Program-made: the position numbers and the translations under genes | Notes under the pieces: model-generated | Told to the model about the DNA's origin: nothing | Databases searched by the model: none | Seen by the model: the letters and a program-made list of their open reading frames with translations, nothing else | Source: an uncultured Eubacteriales bacterium | GTDB taxonomy: Bacteria > Acidobacteriota > Aminicenantia > Aminicenantales > Aminicenantaceae | Assembly (NCBI GenBank): GCA_964633715.1 | Contig: CAZWHQ010000004.1 | Location: 5,354-69,353, forward strand | DNA: 64,000 bases | Direction: 5' to 3' | Shown: one piece after another, positions 9,510-19,701 of the stretch | Layout of the letters: each line of letters begins with the position of its first letter | Numbering within the stretch: position 1 is the first letter of the stretch

Positions 9510-11150
9510 TTATTTGATGTAGCCAAGGGCCTTGAGCATTTCTTCCACGTCTTTTCCGATCTTTACTTCTTCTTTGTTTTGCAAAATATTTCGAGAGAAT
9601 TCATTTAATTTATTTTCGAGATTTGACATTTTGGCTGACTGTTCTTCTTCGGAATAGACATTTATTTTCTCATCAAAATCGTTTTCGAGATCATAGAGTT
9701 CATAGTTTTGATCTCCAGGGGTGAAAATCAGGTGCCAGGGATATTGTAAAAGGGCAAACTTATCCTTCATCGCTTCTGGCTTGTACGTTTCTTGGAAAAT
9801 AACGTCCTGCGATTCCCTTTTCAATTTATTGAGGTTTCTTCCCAAATAATCAGGTGTATTTCTAAATTTGACTATGTCCATGACTGTTGGGGCTATGTCA
9901 AGAAGCGTGACGTATTCGTCAACCGTAGTATTCCTTTTTGAACGGAGAGGGTTGTAGATAATGAGAGGAACTTTCATATAGACATTCTGGAGGAAATGGA
10001 TATGTCCAAAATGCGCATCGCCGTAGGCCGTGTTGTATTCTCCCAAACCTTCGCCATGGTCCCCGACGACCAGAATATGGGTTTTATCCAAAAGGTCGAG
10101 ATCTTTGAGTTTGGCCAGAAGTTTTCCGAATTCGTGATCCATGTACTCGACTTCATTCCTGTACAATTCCCGCCATCTCTCTAAGGTATGGTAGGATTTT
10201 CCTCGGAATTTCATCTTGATTTGCCGGGGTGAAGAACGATTGAACAGGGCAATTTTTGCGTTTTTTCTGAAGTAGAAAGTGTTACTATCCTTCCGGGTCT
10301 CCCAACCCAAATACGGATCGATGTTTATATTCTTATCATCTGGAGGAACTGAAAAATCGAGTGTATCCAATCTGGCCGCAAATCTGTCCGGGTCTTCCAT
10401 ATAGTCATTGTTTATGTTGAATGTGACTACATTATTGCCGGATTTGAGATGGAGTTCGATTTCGTTATTTTCAAGTTTTCCCAGGTTGTATGTTCCCAGT
10501 ACTTTGTCATTGAGAGATACTGTCAACTCTGCAGGCATTCCTGGTGGATAATAGGGATCGTGGGGATCTGAATAGTGCACCCACATGAAAAATTTTTTCT
10601 CTTCTTTACTGTCCAGCCAACGGAATACGCGCTCGTTGACTTCTCCCGCATTCAGATACCATCTATTTTTGGGGAACTCGTCAAAATAAACGTCAAAACC
10701 CTTAGCGAGACCAAATTGAGATTTTAGGACACCCAGAGAAATGAAGGCGGATGTCTGGTATCCATTTTTCTGAAACATTTCTGGAAAAGAAGGATGTTTT
10801 TTTCTCTCTGCTATGATTTGCCCATTGTTGTAGTTCTTTATTTCGTGCGGAGGTTCAGAAAAAAAAAGGGATGCGTGCGAAGGGAGCGTTATGGGGATAA
10901 GGCTGAAACAGTTTTCGTATCGTGTTCCCTGCTGCGCCAAAGAATCGATATTTGGCGTAGAGGCATTCTGTGTTTTGTAAGCACTGATAAAGTCGGCCCT
11001 CTGTGTATCCAGTGTGATAAGGATGAAATTGAGATTCTCTTTGGCCGTACGGCAGCAAAACAAACAAAGGAGTAATACAGCGCAAGAAAAAATCCAAAAT
11101 AAACGTCCAAAAAATTTTGGAACAAATGTGATATATTTTCTATATAACAA
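9510..11150 (-). CDS. Sulfatase-family (alkaline-phosphatase superfamily) hydrolase or transferase with an N-terminal membrane/signal segment.
   Basis: N-terminal LITLDTQRADFI metal-binding motif and a later GDHGE-like motif (VVGDHGEGLGE) characteristic of sulfatase/phosphoethanolamine-transferase-like enzymes. Confidence 0.7.
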   Translation of the reverse strand: MLYRKYITFVPKFFGRLFWIFSCAVLLLCLFCCRTAKENLNFILITLDTQRADFISAYKTQNASTPNIDSLAQQGTRYENCFSLIPITLPSHASLFFSEPPHEIKNYNNGQIIAERKKHPSFPEMFQKNGYQTSAFISLGVLKSQFGLAKGFDVYFDEFPKNRWYLNAGEVNERVFRWLDSKEEKKFFMWVHYSDPHDPYYPPGMPAELTVSLNDKVLGTYNLGKLENNEIELHLKSGNNVVTFNINNDYMEDPDRFAARLDTLDFSVPPDDKNINIDPYLGWETRKDSNTFYFRKNAKIALFNRSSPRQIKMKFRGKSYHTLERWRELYRNEVEYMDHEFGKLLAKLKDLDLLDKTHILVVGDHGEGLGEYNTAYGDAHFGHIHFLQNVYMKVPLIIYNPLRSKRNTTVDEYVTLLDIAPTVMDIVKFRNTPDYLGRNLNKLKRESQDVIFQETYKPEAMKDKFALLQYPWHLIFTPGDQNYELYDLENDFDEKINVYSEEEQSAKMSNLENKLNEFSRNILQNKEEVKIGKDVEEMLKALGYIK

Positions 11151-11241
11151 CTTATTTACTTCTTCTTTGTCAGCTTTTTCCTCGAGAAAAGTAACGCTAA
11201 TATAAATATTATTAAAAAAATAAAAAAATATGTCAAAATGA

Positions 11242-11270
11242 TTGCATCTTTCAAAATATTTTTATACAAT
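11242..11270 (+). promoter_or_regulatory. Candidate sigma70-type promoter for the nuo operon: TTGCAT, 17-nt spacer, TACAAT.
   Basis: Read directly from the sequence. It lies in the AT-rich region about 20 nt upstream of the nuoA ATG. Confidence 0.35.
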
Positions 11271-11291
11271 CTATCCCTTTATTAAACGCAA

Positions 11292-11639
11292 ATGGTAGAA
11301 ATAACATTAGTATTTGTTGTCTTTGGGCTCATTGGATTCATCATGGTTATGGTGAACAAAATTCTTGGGCCAAAGAAATTAACTCCTCTCAAAGAATCTC
11401 CTTTTGAGTGTGGAAGTCCATATCTCCAAGATTCTATTTATCCTGTTCCCATTAAATATTATCTTGTTGCGTTCCTTTTTCTCCTTTTTGATATTGAAGT
11501 TGTATTCTTTTTTCCTTGGGCATTGGTTTTTAAGAAATTGGGCTCTTCAGCCCTGCTTATCATGTTTGCCTACGTCCTCATCCTCGTAGTGGGATTTGTT
11601 TATGCTTGGCAAAAAGGAGCTTTTCAGTGGGAAGAATAA
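11292..11639 (+). CDS. nuoA: NADH-quinone oxidoreductase subunit A.
   Basis: 115 aa, three TM helices, conserved PFECG motif. Confidence 0.9.
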   Translation: MVEITLVFVVFGLIGFIMVMVNKILGPKKLTPLKESPFECGSPYLQDSIYPVPIKYYLVAFLFLLFDIEVVFFFPWALVFKKLGSSALLIMFAYVLILVVGFVYAWQKGAFQWEE

Positions 11640-12145
11640 AGCCAAGACATCATTATCCTGAAGATCGAAAATACAAAGGCGGCTTTTTTACGACAAAGCT
11701 GAATTATGTGATGGGGTGGGGAAGAAAATTTTCTCTTTTTCATTACCCCTTCATTACCGCATGCTGTGGAATGGAATACATGTCTGCTGCCTGCGCTCAT
11801 TGGGATTTTGACCGATTTGGCGTTGGAATGACAACATTTTCTCCTCGCCAATCAGATATGCTTTTTGTAGTCGGTACAATTTCCCATAAAGAAGCGCCCG
11901 TGCTTAGAACAGTTTATGAACAGATGTGCGAACCTAAATGGGTAATCGCCTGTGGGGCCTGTACTCTTAGTGGAGGCATTTACGACACCTATGCGGTGGT
12001 GCAGGGAATCGATAAAATTATCCCGGTCGATGTGTTCATTCCGGGATGTCCACCGCGCCCAGAGACAATTCTGGATGCTATAGAAAAGCTACAAGATAAA
12101 ATTCAACATCAACAACAAGATTGGCGATGGAAATCGAAAAAGTAA
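11606..12145 (+). CDS. nuoB: NADH-quinone oxidoreductase subunit B (N2 cluster subunit).
   Basis: Motifs CCGMEYMS, CGAC and GCPP for the [4Fe-4S] N2 cluster. Confidence 0.9.
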   Translation: MAKRSFSVGRIKPRHHYPEDRKYKGGFFTTKLNYVMGWGRKFSLFHYPFITACCGMEYMSAACAHWDFDRFGVGMTTFSPRQSDMLFVVGTISHKEAPVLRTVYEQMCEPKWVIACGACTLSGGIYDTYAVVQGIDKIIPVDVFIPGCPPRPETILDAIEKLQDKIQHQQQDWRWKSKK

Positions 12146-12618
12146 TCGAAGAACTTAAAGTCAAATTCAAGGACGATATTACGGAGTTTTCTAAGCAATT
12201 TGGGGATGATGTCATCCGAATAAAAAGAGAATCCCTGCTGGATATCGTCAGATTTCTCAAAAAAACACCGCATAACTTTGCGATGCTTTTAGATCTGACG
12301 TGTGTGGATTATAAGGGAGATGAACTGCGTTTTGAGATGGTCTACCATCTTTATTCCATCTCGAATAAAAATCGGCTGAGAATAAAAATTAGACTTGCCG
12401 AGGATGATCTCAAAGTGGATTCTTTGACATCCCTTTGGGGAAATGCCAACTGGCTGGAGAGAGAAGTCTTTGATATGTTTGGTGTCCATTTTAATGGTCA
12501 TCCTGATTTAAGAAGACTGTTTATGTATGATGGATTTGAAGGCTATCCTTTGCGCAAAGATTACCCCCTGCGCAAACGCCAACCGATTATCCCTATGAGA
12601 TATGAAGATGCCGACTAG
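12121..12618 (+). CDS. nuoC: NADH-quinone oxidoreductase subunit C.
   Basis: NuoC/30 kDa family pattern (FGVHFNGHPDLRRL), position in the operon. Confidence 0.85.
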   Translation: MAMEIEKVIEELKVKFKDDITEFSKQFGDDVIRIKRESLLDIVRFLKKTPHNFAMLLDLTCVDYKGDELRFEMVYHLYSISNKNRLRIKIRLAEDDLKVDSLTSLWGNANWLEREVFDMFGVHFNGHPDLRRLFMYDGFEGYPLRKDYPLRKRQPIIPMRYEDAD

Positions 12619-13939
12619 ACTGCAAAAAGAAGCCAACAAAGAAAACCTCCTTATTAATATGGGGCCCTCTCATCCGGCTATGCATGGGACAATCCGGATC
12701 ATGCTGGAGTTGGATGGAGAGAAAATCCTCAATTCAGAAGTCGAAGTGGGGTATCTCCACAGGGGATTCGAAAAGACATGTGAACACAAAACATATTTTA
12801 ATCTCCTCCCGTACACGGACAGACTCAACTATGTCTCTCCCCTAATCAACAATCTCGGTTATGTGATGACGATGGAGAAGATGCTGGGCATCGAAACTCC
12901 TGAGCGGTCCCAATATATCCGAGTGATTTTATGTGAGCTTTCGAGGATATCCGACCATCTTACAGCCCTGGCCGCAATGACCATGGAGTGTGGTGCTTTT
13001 ACCGCTTTTCTCTATTATATTCAGGCTCGTGAAGAGTTGTGGAATATTATCGAGCAGACAACTGGTGCCAGGATGACGACCTCATATATCCGAATTGGTG
13101 GGGTGCGCGCCGATCTCCACCCCGATATAAGAACGCAGCTGAAAAAGGCCACAAAAATCAACCGTAAGCTTCTCAAAGATAATCATGGTTTGCTCGATAA
13201 GAATAGGATCTGGATTGACCGGACTAGAGATGTAGCTGTTGTCAGTCCCAAAATGGCGGTCAATTACGGTTTTGCTGGACCATGCCTGAGAGCCTCTAAG
13301 GTTAACTATGATGTGCGAAAAGCCCAGCCCTACCTGGTTTATGATCAACTTGATTTTGAAGTGCCTCTAGGTGATAACGGAGACAATTACGACAGATACC
13401 TGGTCAGGATGAAAGAAATGGAGCAGAGTTTGAGGATCATTGAACAGTGTTTAGATAAACTACCTAAGTCCGCAGGACCAGAGGAACTCATGATAAAAGG
13501 ATTGGAGCCAGCAGATGTCATCAAAAAATCACGGAGCAAACGTGTCGAAGACACTGTGAAGCTTTCACCTAATCTCGAAGGTTCCGAAAAAGTTAAATAC
13601 CCTGGCATTTTGACCCAGGATAAAAAATACATTGTCCCTCCAAAGGAAGACACCTATACGTCCATCGAAGGATTGATCAAGCATTTTAAATTTTTCATGA
13701 AAGATCACGGCATCAAGCCTCCCAAAGGGGATGTCTATTTTTCTGTCGAGGGTGGGAGTGGGGAAGTCGGGTATTATATTGTGTCTGACGGTTCAGACAA
13801 ACCTTACAGGCTTCATCTTAGAGGACCCTGTTTTCATATTGTCTCCGCACTGGAGGAGATGATCAAAGGTCACTATGTTGCAGATGTCATCCCCACTTTT
13901 GGTTCCGTGAACATGATCGGAGGAGAGTTAGATAGATGA
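12602..13939 (+). CDS. nuoD: NADH-quinone oxidoreductase subunit D (49 kDa); separate from NuoC, not fused.
   Basis: NMGPSHPAMHGT motif and C-terminal ...RLHLRGPCF... segment. Confidence 0.9.
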   Translation: MKMPTRLQKEANKENLLINMGPSHPAMHGTIRIMLELDGEKILNSEVEVGYLHRGFEKTCEHKTYFNLLPYTDRLNYVSPLINNLGYVMTMEKMLGIETPERSQYIRVILCELSRISDHLTALAAMTMECGAFTAFLYYIQAREELWNIIEQTTGARMTTSYIRIGGVRADLHPDIRTQLKKATKINRKLLKDNHGLLDKNRIWIDRTRDVAVVSPKMAVNYGFAGPCLRASKVNYDVRKAQPYLVYDQLDFEVPLGDNGDNYDRYLVRMKEMEQSLRIIEQCLDKLPKSAGPEELMIKGLEPADVIKKSRSKRVEDTVKLSPNLEGSEKVKYPGILTQDKKYIVPPKEDTYTSIEGLIKHFKFFMKDHGIKPPKGDVYFSVEGGSGEVGYYIVSDGSDKPYRLHLRGPCFHIVSALEEMIKGHYVADVIPTFGSVNMIGGELDR

Positions 13940-14409
13940 GTCCTGAATTTTCGGACAAGATCAAAAAACAAGTGTTGGATATCATTGTGCGCTATCCGGA
14001 AAAGAAGGCCGCCCTCCTTCCTGTTCTTCATGTGGCTCAGTGGGAATTTGGATTCATCGGTGAAGACACTGAACGTATGGTGGCTGACCTTTTAGATATC
14101 AAGCCTGTCCAAGTTAGAGAAGTTGTCACCTTCTATACGATGTATAACCGACAGCCAGTAGGAAAATACCATATTCAAGTGTGTTCGAATCTGTCCTGTT
14201 CTCTTCTGGGAGGTGAAAACCTGCTCGATTTTCTTTTAAAGAAACTCAACATCGGAGTGGGCGAGACAACAAAGGACAAAAAATTCACAATTTCGACGGT
14301 GGAATGTCTCGGAGCCTGTGAACAGGCTCCCTGTATGATGGTGAATTTTGATTATTTTGGGGATTTGGACGAAGAAAAGATAAATAAAATTCTCGATAAT
14401 TTAAACTAG
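13936..14409 (+). CDS. nuoE: NADH-quinone oxidoreductase subunit E (24 kDa, [2Fe-2S]).
   Basis: CxxxxC...CLGACxxAP pattern (CSNLSC...CLGACEQAPC). Confidence 0.9.
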   Translation: MSPEFSDKIKKQVLDIIVRYPEKKAALLPVLHVAQWEFGFIGEDTERMVADLLDIKPVQVREVVTFYTMYNRQPVGKYHIQVCSNLSCSLLGGENLLDFLLKKLNIGVGETTKDKKFTISTVECLGACEQAPCMMVNFDYFGDLDEEKINKILDNLN

Positions 14410-14420
14410 AAAGTAAAACA

Positions 14421-15668
14421 GTGGAAGAAAAACTCTTAACCAACCTTTTCGAGATCAAGGATTCTTTTGCAATTGATGTTTATCTCAAGCATGACGGTTA
14501 TAAAGCTGTTGAGAAAGCCTTTCAAGAGATGGATCCTGAAAGCATCCTTGCCGAAGTTAAGAATGCAAGTTTGAGAGGAAGGGGAGGGGCGGGATTTCCT
14601 GCTGGTGTAAAATGGGGTTTTGTTCCCAAAGATGTCGATAAACCCAAGTACCTCTGTGTCAATGCCGATGAAGGTGAGCCGGGGACAATCAAAGACCGCT
14701 ACATCATGATGCACAATCCTCATCTCCTGCTGGAAGGCATTATCATTGCTTCATACTGTGTAGGGATTAACACAGCCTATATCTACATCCGTGGAGAGTA
14801 TGAGAACGTGGCCATTCGTCTGGAAAAGGCGATATCCGAAGCCAACGCCAAGGGATACCTGGGAGAAAATATTCTGAATTCCGGATTTAACTGTCAAATT
14901 TTTGTCCACAGAGGAGCAGGTGCTTATATCTGCGGGGAAGAAACAGCTCTCCTGGAATCACTGGAAGGAAAAAGAGGCAACCCACGTCTCAAACCGCCTT
15001 TTCCAGCGCTCGTAGGCCTTTTCCAAAGTCCAACGGTTATCAATAACATAGAAACACTTTCTAATGTTCCTAAGATTATTCTAAACGGGGCAGAGGCGTT
15101 TGTGCAAACAGGGCTTCCCAAAGACGGGGGCACGAGAATTTTTGGTGTCAGCGGGATGGTGAAAAAGCCTGGAATATATGAGATGCCTGTAGGAACAAAA
15201 CTTAAGGATGTCATATTTACTCTTGCAGGAGGAATGAAAGAGGGCAAGACACTTAAGGCGGTCATTCCCGGTGGGATGTCGGCACCCATACTGACAGCAG
15301 ATGAGATCGACATCAGTATGGACTTTGACTCTCTTGCAGAAGCGAAATCCATGCTGGGTTCGGCGGCCGTCATTGTTATTGATGAGGAGACTTCTATCCT
15401 TGACGTGCTGAAAAAAATTACAAAATTCTATTCCCATGAGTCTTGTGGCCAGTGCACGCCCTGCCGTATCGGTACGAAATGGATCGACAAAACCGTCCGC
15501 CGTATTGCCGAAGGGCAAGGCAAAATTGAGGACATCGATAATATTAAGAGATTGGCCGAGAATATTTTGGGTAAAACATTGTGCCCTCTGGGGGATGCCG
15601 CGGCTATGCCGATACTTTCCATCGTCAATAAATTCAGACAAGAGATTGAATCATATATAGGAAACTGA
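14421..15668 (+). CDS. nuoF: NADH-quinone oxidoreductase subunit F (51 kDa; FMN, NADH, [4Fe-4S]).
   Basis: GRGGAGFP FMN/NADH site and C-terminal SCGQCTPCR cluster. Confidence 0.9.
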   Translation: MEEKLLTNLFEIKDSFAIDVYLKHDGYKAVEKAFQEMDPESILAEVKNASLRGRGGAGFPAGVKWGFVPKDVDKPKYLCVNADEGEPGTIKDRYIMMHNPHLLLEGIIIASYCVGINTAYIYIRGEYENVAIRLEKAISEANAKGYLGENILNSGFNCQIFVHRGAGAYICGEETALLESLEGKRGNPRLKPPFPALVGLFQSPTVINNIETLSNVPKIILNGAEAFVQTGLPKDGGTRIFGVSGMVKKPGIYEMPVGTKLKDVIFTLAGGMKEGKTLKAVIPGGMSAPILTADEIDISMDFDSLAEAKSMLGSAAVIVIDEETSILDVLKKITKFYSHESCGQCTPCRIGTKWIDKTVRRIAEGQGKIEDIDNIKRLAENILGKTLCPLGDAAAMPILSIVNKFRQEIESYIGN

Positions 15669-15677
15669 GAAATCGAG

Positions 15678-17234
15678 ATGCTCAAAATTTTCATCGATGA
15701 GAAACCCCTTGAGGTAGAAGAAGGTATCACTGTTTTCAATGCTGCCAAACAGGCCGGTATTGAGATCCCTCATTTCTGTTATCATCCTGCTTTTGCACCT
15801 GAAGGGACATGCCGCATGTGTCTGATTGAAATTGAAGGTGTGCCCAAGCTCGAACTTGCATGCTCAACTGTAGTAAGAGAGGGAATGAAAGTATTGACAG
15901 AGAATGCAAGAGTTAAAGACGCTCGAAAAGGTGTTTTGGAATTTTTACTGGCCGACCATCCAATGGATTGCCCAATCTGTGACCAGGCTGGGGACTGCAA
16001 GCTTCAGGATTACTTTGAAAAATACGGGATGTTTGAAAGCCAGTTTAGTGAAAATAAAGAAAAAAGAGACAAAAAGAGAAAGCTCGGACAAACACTCATT
16101 CATGACCAGGAAAGATGTGTTCTCTGCCGCAGATGTGTGCGGTTCACAAGAGAGATCACAAAGACACAAGAACTCGGTGTTTTTGAAAGAGGGATTCATG
16201 CTGAAATAAGCATTCTTGAAGACCTCCCTGTTGAGAATAAATATTCTGGGAACCTGGCAGAGCTCTGTCCAGTAGGAGCTATCACTGACCAGGATTTCCG
16301 CTTTCAAACGCGCACCTGGTTTTTAAAGAGCGCGGATTCAATCTGCCCTCACTGCAGTCGAGGCTGCAGCATCACTATTGACTCTCATAAAGGATTTTTC
16401 CGTTTTAAGACTCCAAAAAGGGTCTACCGTGTCCGGTCGCGGAGAAACGAAAATGTCAACGGATTTTGGATTTGTGATATCGGCAGGTACGGATATCATT
16501 ATATCAATGAGAAGCGTTTAGGGAAAATTCTTTCCAAAAGTGAACAGAATGAGGTTCTTGGTTGGGAGAAGGGCCTCAACATGCTTTCGGAAACAATGAA
16601 AAAAGTTCATCCTATGGACAGAGCCTCGGGCGCTGTCCTGATTATCAATCCCTGGCTCACTAATGAAGAACTTTTTCTCATCAAGAAATTCCTTATTGAA
16701 AATCAGGAATTTAGAAATGTCTATCTTATCGACCTTCCAAATGAAGAGGGGGATGACTTTCTCATTACGGATGACCGGAATCCCAATAAGTGCGGTATGC
16801 GTGAGCTAGGAGTGCAAACAAAGTTGTTGTCCTCAGATAAACTTCCTGAAAAGATAAAACTCGTTTTGGCTTTTTATCCTCCAAACCTCGATGAAGCAGG
16901 AATGGCTTCCGTTAAAGCAGTTTTTAACTCAGCTGAGACAAAGATATTATTTTCTGCCAATGAAAATGAACTGTCTGAAATTTCGGATATGGTTTTTCCA
17001 ACATCTGTGATTCCGGAAAAAGGCGGGTCTCTGATTAATATCGATGGTCTTCTGCAAAATTTCTCGCCCGCATTGGACGCACTGGGAGACTCCAGACCGG
17101 AATGGCAAATACTGGTCGATTTAGCAAAAGAGATGGACACCGAATATAAATATTACAATCAATTCTTGTCACCTGAATCAATATTGCAGGAGATAAGAAA
17201 AGAAATTTCAGATTTTGGAAAGAAAAGTGATTGA
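15678..17234 (+). CDS. nuoG: NADH-quinone oxidoreductase subunit G, short form of 518 aa.
   Basis: N-terminal [2Fe-2S] (CYHPAFAPEGTCRMC), [4Fe-4S] motifs (CPICDQAGDC; CVLCRRCVRF), then a truncated molybdopterin-like domain. Confidence 0.85.
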   Translation: MLKIFIDEKPLEVEEGITVFNAAKQAGIEIPHFCYHPAFAPEGTCRMCLIEIEGVPKLELACSTVVREGMKVLTENARVKDARKGVLEFLLADHPMDCPICDQAGDCKLQDYFEKYGMFESQFSENKEKRDKKRKLGQTLIHDQERCVLCRRCVRFTREITKTQELGVFERGIHAEISILEDLPVENKYSGNLAELCPVGAITDQDFRFQTRTWFLKSADSICPHCSRGCSITIDSHKGFFRFKTPKRVYRVRSRRNENVNGFWICDIGRYGYHYINEKRLGKILSKSEQNEVLGWEKGLNMLSETMKKVHPMDRASGAVLIINPWLTNEELFLIKKFLIENQEFRNVYLIDLPNEEGDDFLITDDRNPNKCGMRELGVQTKLLSSDKLPEKIKLVLAFYPPNLDEAGMASVKAVFNSAETKILFSANENELSEISDMVFPTSVIPEKGGSLINIDGLLQNFSPALDALGDSRPEWQILVDLAKEMDTEYKYYNQFLSPESILQEIRKEISDFGKKSD

Positions 17235-18315
17235 GCCAATAGATATTCTTATCGTTTCCATCAAAATTGTTATGGCCATGATGTGGTTCCTTATACTGGC
17301 TCTCTACTTGACATGGTTAGAGCGGAAAGAGAGCGCCGTAATGCAGGACCGTGTGGGTGCAAACCGAGCTAATATTTTTGGTTTTCGGATTATTGGAATC
17401 TTTCAACCCTTTGCCGATGCCATAAAGATGTTTTTTAAAGAAGATTTCACACCAAAATTTTCTCGAAAACTATTGCACAATCTTGCCCCCTTCCTCTCTT
17501 TCTATTTTGTTCTTGTCACCATTGCAGCCATCCCTTTTGCCAGTGACCTGAAAATTGGTGAGAAAGTCATCAAACTCCAGGTTTTGGATCTCAATATTGG
17601 AATTTTGTTTGTCCTAGCTCTGTTGGGGCTCTCTGTCTACGGAGTTATGCTCAGCGGTTGGGCTTCTAACAGCCGCTGGACGCTTCTTGGCGGATTAAGA
17701 GGGGCTGCCCAGCTTGTGTCCTATGAAGTGGCTCTGGGATTGTCGCTTGTCGGATTGGTCATGATTTATCCTTCACTGAAGTTTTCAGCCATCGTCGAGG
17801 CTCAGGGAGAGCTGCTGTTTGGATTTCTCCCCAAATGGGGTGTTGTCTTTCAGCCGTTGGGTTTTATAGTGTTTTTTATGGCAGCCATGGCAGAGTCAGA
17901 AAGAGTTCCATTCGACCTTCCCGAAGCAGAATCTGAAATCGTAGGATACTTCACTGAATACAGTGGTCTCAAATGGGGCCTCTACATGTTTACAGATTTT
18001 ATGAAGGTTCTGATTATCGCGTGCTTACTGACAACCCTCTTTTTTGGTGGCTACCAGGTTCCGTGGCTGGCCGCGGATGGTTTCCATTTTTCCTGGGGTG
18101 GAGAGTGGTTGATGGCCCATGGATTGGTTGTGGCTCTTCAGGTTCTGATATTCAACCTCAAAGTATTCTTTTTCTGCTGGCTTCAGATCCTTTTCCGATG
18201 GACCTATCCCCGGTTCCGCTATGACCAGCTTATGGATTTTGGTTGGAAATTGCTCATTCCTCTGTGTTTGATCAATATTGCTATTACTGGGATTGTAATG
18301 AGTTTTATAAAATGA
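17215..18315 (+). CDS. nuoH: NADH-quinone oxidoreductase subunit H (membrane).
   Basis: Polytopic membrane protein with the NuoH/ND1 family pattern (GWASNSRW; EAESEIV). Confidence 0.9.
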   Translation: MERKVIEPIDILIVSIKIVMAMMWFLILALYLTWLERKESAVMQDRVGANRANIFGFRIIGIFQPFADAIKMFFKEDFTPKFSRKLLHNLAPFLSFYFVLVTIAAIPFASDLKIGEKVIKLQVLDLNIGILFVLALLGLSVYGVMLSGWASNSRWTLLGGLRGAAQLVSYEVALGLSLVGLVMIYPSLKFSAIVEAQGELLFGFLPKWGVVFQPLGFIVFFMAAMAESERVPFDLPEAESEIVGYFTEYSGLKWGLYMFTDFMKVLIIACLLTTLFFGGYQVPWLAADGFHFSWGGEWLMAHGLVVALQVLIFNLKVFFFCWLQILFRWTYPRFRYDQLMDFGWKLLIPLCLINIAITGIVMSFIK

Positions 18316-18785
18316 TAAAGCAGTTTGGATTTTTTATCGAAATCGTAAAAGGAAGCCTAATTACGGCCCGCCATTTTTGTGTGAATATTTTTTTCCATAT
18401 CTTAAAACTCTTCCATATCAAAACGAAAAGGAAAGGCGCCCCGACAATTCAATACCCTGATGTTAGGCAGCCCATTGCCTACAGGCACCGCAGTTTGCAC
18501 CGCTTAATGAAGCAAGAAAACGGAAAACCACGCTGTGTGGCTTGCATGCTGTGTGCCACAGCCTGTCCTTCAGAATGTATCTATGTGGAAGCTGCAGAAG
18601 ATCCTGATCCTGAAATCCAAAAATACCCGTCTAAATTTATCATCGATCTTACGCGGTGTTGTTTCTGCGGTTTCTGCGTGGAGGCCTGTCCTGAGGATGC
18701 CATCCGAATGGACACTGATGAGATCGAACTCGCTAGATATGACAAAGAAGAGTTGGTCTTTGATCTGGATAAACTTCTAGGATGA
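18312..18785 (+). CDS. nuoI: NADH-quinone oxidoreductase subunit I (2x[4Fe-4S]). The start is moved from 18243 to the internal ATG (MIKQFGFF), which removes a 73-nt overlap with nuoH.
   Basis: CVACMLCATACP and CCFCGFCVEACP ferredoxin motifs. Confidence 0.85.
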   Translation: MIKQFGFFIEIVKGSLITARHFCVNIFFHILKLFHIKTKRKGAPTIQYPDVRQPIAYRHRSLHRLMKQENGKPRCVACMLCATACPSECIYVEAAEDPDPEIQKYPSKFIIDLTRCCFCGFCVEACPEDAIRMDTDEIELARYDKEELVFDLDKLLG

Positions 18786-19639
18786 CCTCTGATTTTCTCC
18801 CTATTGGACAATTCCAAATCTATGGCTTAAGAGATGGCTTTTTTTCTCTAGATGGGGGAGCCATGTTTGGTGTTGTCCCAAAAACACTGTGGATAAAAAA
18901 GTATCCTGCCGATGATTTCAACAGAATCAGGCTGGGCCTCAACTCTATCCTGATCCGTACGGAAGACAACAATGTTCTCATTGAAACAGGGATTGGAACT
19001 CATCTGGATGAAAAATACAACAGTCTGTACTCCCTTGATCTTCATCCTGGGCTTGTGGAAAGTCTCAAAGACATAGGTTTGGAAAGAGAAGAGGTTGATT
19101 GTGTTATCAATACACATCTCCATTTTGATCACTGTGGGGGGAACACATATATCGACAGCTCAGGTGAAGTTAAACCTACATTTCCTCAAGCAAAGTACAT
19201 TGTTCAAAAAGGAGAATGGGAATCTGCCTGCAACCCTACACCGAGGGATAAGGCTAGTTATTTGGAGAAGTACTTTCGTCCTCTAGAAGAACACAATCAG
19301 CTCTATCTTGTTGAGGGAGATACGAAAATTTTTAAAGGAATCGAAGTGCTGCTCACACCGGGACACACTGCTTTTCATCAGTGCGTCAAGATCGAATCCG
19401 AAGGTCATGTGCTCTTTTTTCTTGGAGACATGGTTCCTACCTCAGGTCATGTGCGTCTTCCGTATGTTATGAGTTATGATCTCTTTCCACTGAAAACAAT
19501 GCAATACAAAGAAAAATATTATAGGCTGGCCCAAAAAGAAGATTGGACCATGGCGTTCAACCACGATCCCGAATTCTTCTTTGGAAAAATCGGAAAAAAA
19601 GATGATAAATATTTTTTTTCCCCTTTATCTAGAGGTTGA
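18782..19639 (+). CDS. MBL-fold metallo-hydrolase (lactonase/YtnP-like), directly after nuoI with a 4-nt overlap.
   Basis: HxHxDH motif (THLHFDHCGG) and downstream His and Asp ligands. 285 aa. Confidence 0.7.
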   Translation: MTSDFLPIGQFQIYGLRDGFFSLDGGAMFGVVPKTLWIKKYPADDFNRIRLGLNSILIRTEDNNVLIETGIGTHLDEKYNSLYSLDLHPGLVESLKDIGLEREEVDCVINTHLHFDHCGGNTYIDSSGEVKPTFPQAKYIVQKGEWESACNPTPRDKASYLEKYFRPLEEHNQLYLVEGDTKIFKGIEVLLTPGHTAFHQCVKIESEGHVLFFLGDMVPTSGHVRLPYVMSYDLFPLKTMQYKEKYYRLAQKEDWTMAFNHDPEFFFGKIGKKDDKYFFSPLSRG

Positions 19640-19701
19640 AATCAAGGAATACTCTGTGTATTGTAAGAGTGTCAGTACGTGAATCGACTGAGAGATCAAA
19701 A

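Noticed and set aside
9497-9545. Inverted repeat AGGCCC ... GGGCCT at the convergent lpd/sulfatase junction, a possible bidirectional terminator.
   Set aside because: The loop is about 21 nt, there is no flanking U-tract, and the 3' arm lies within the sulfatase coding end. It is too weak to report as a feature.
14924-16307. Minus-strand ORFs of 120-186 aa within nuoF and nuoG.
   Set aside because: They are antisense to highly conserved complex I genes, and no independent motifs are present.
18243-18311. The annotated nuoI start at 18243, overlapping nuoH by 73 nt.
   Set aside because: The internal ATG at 18312 (MIKQFGFF...) gives a normal NuoI length with a 4-nt ATGA overlap with the nuoH stop. 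The upstream extension is probably not translated.
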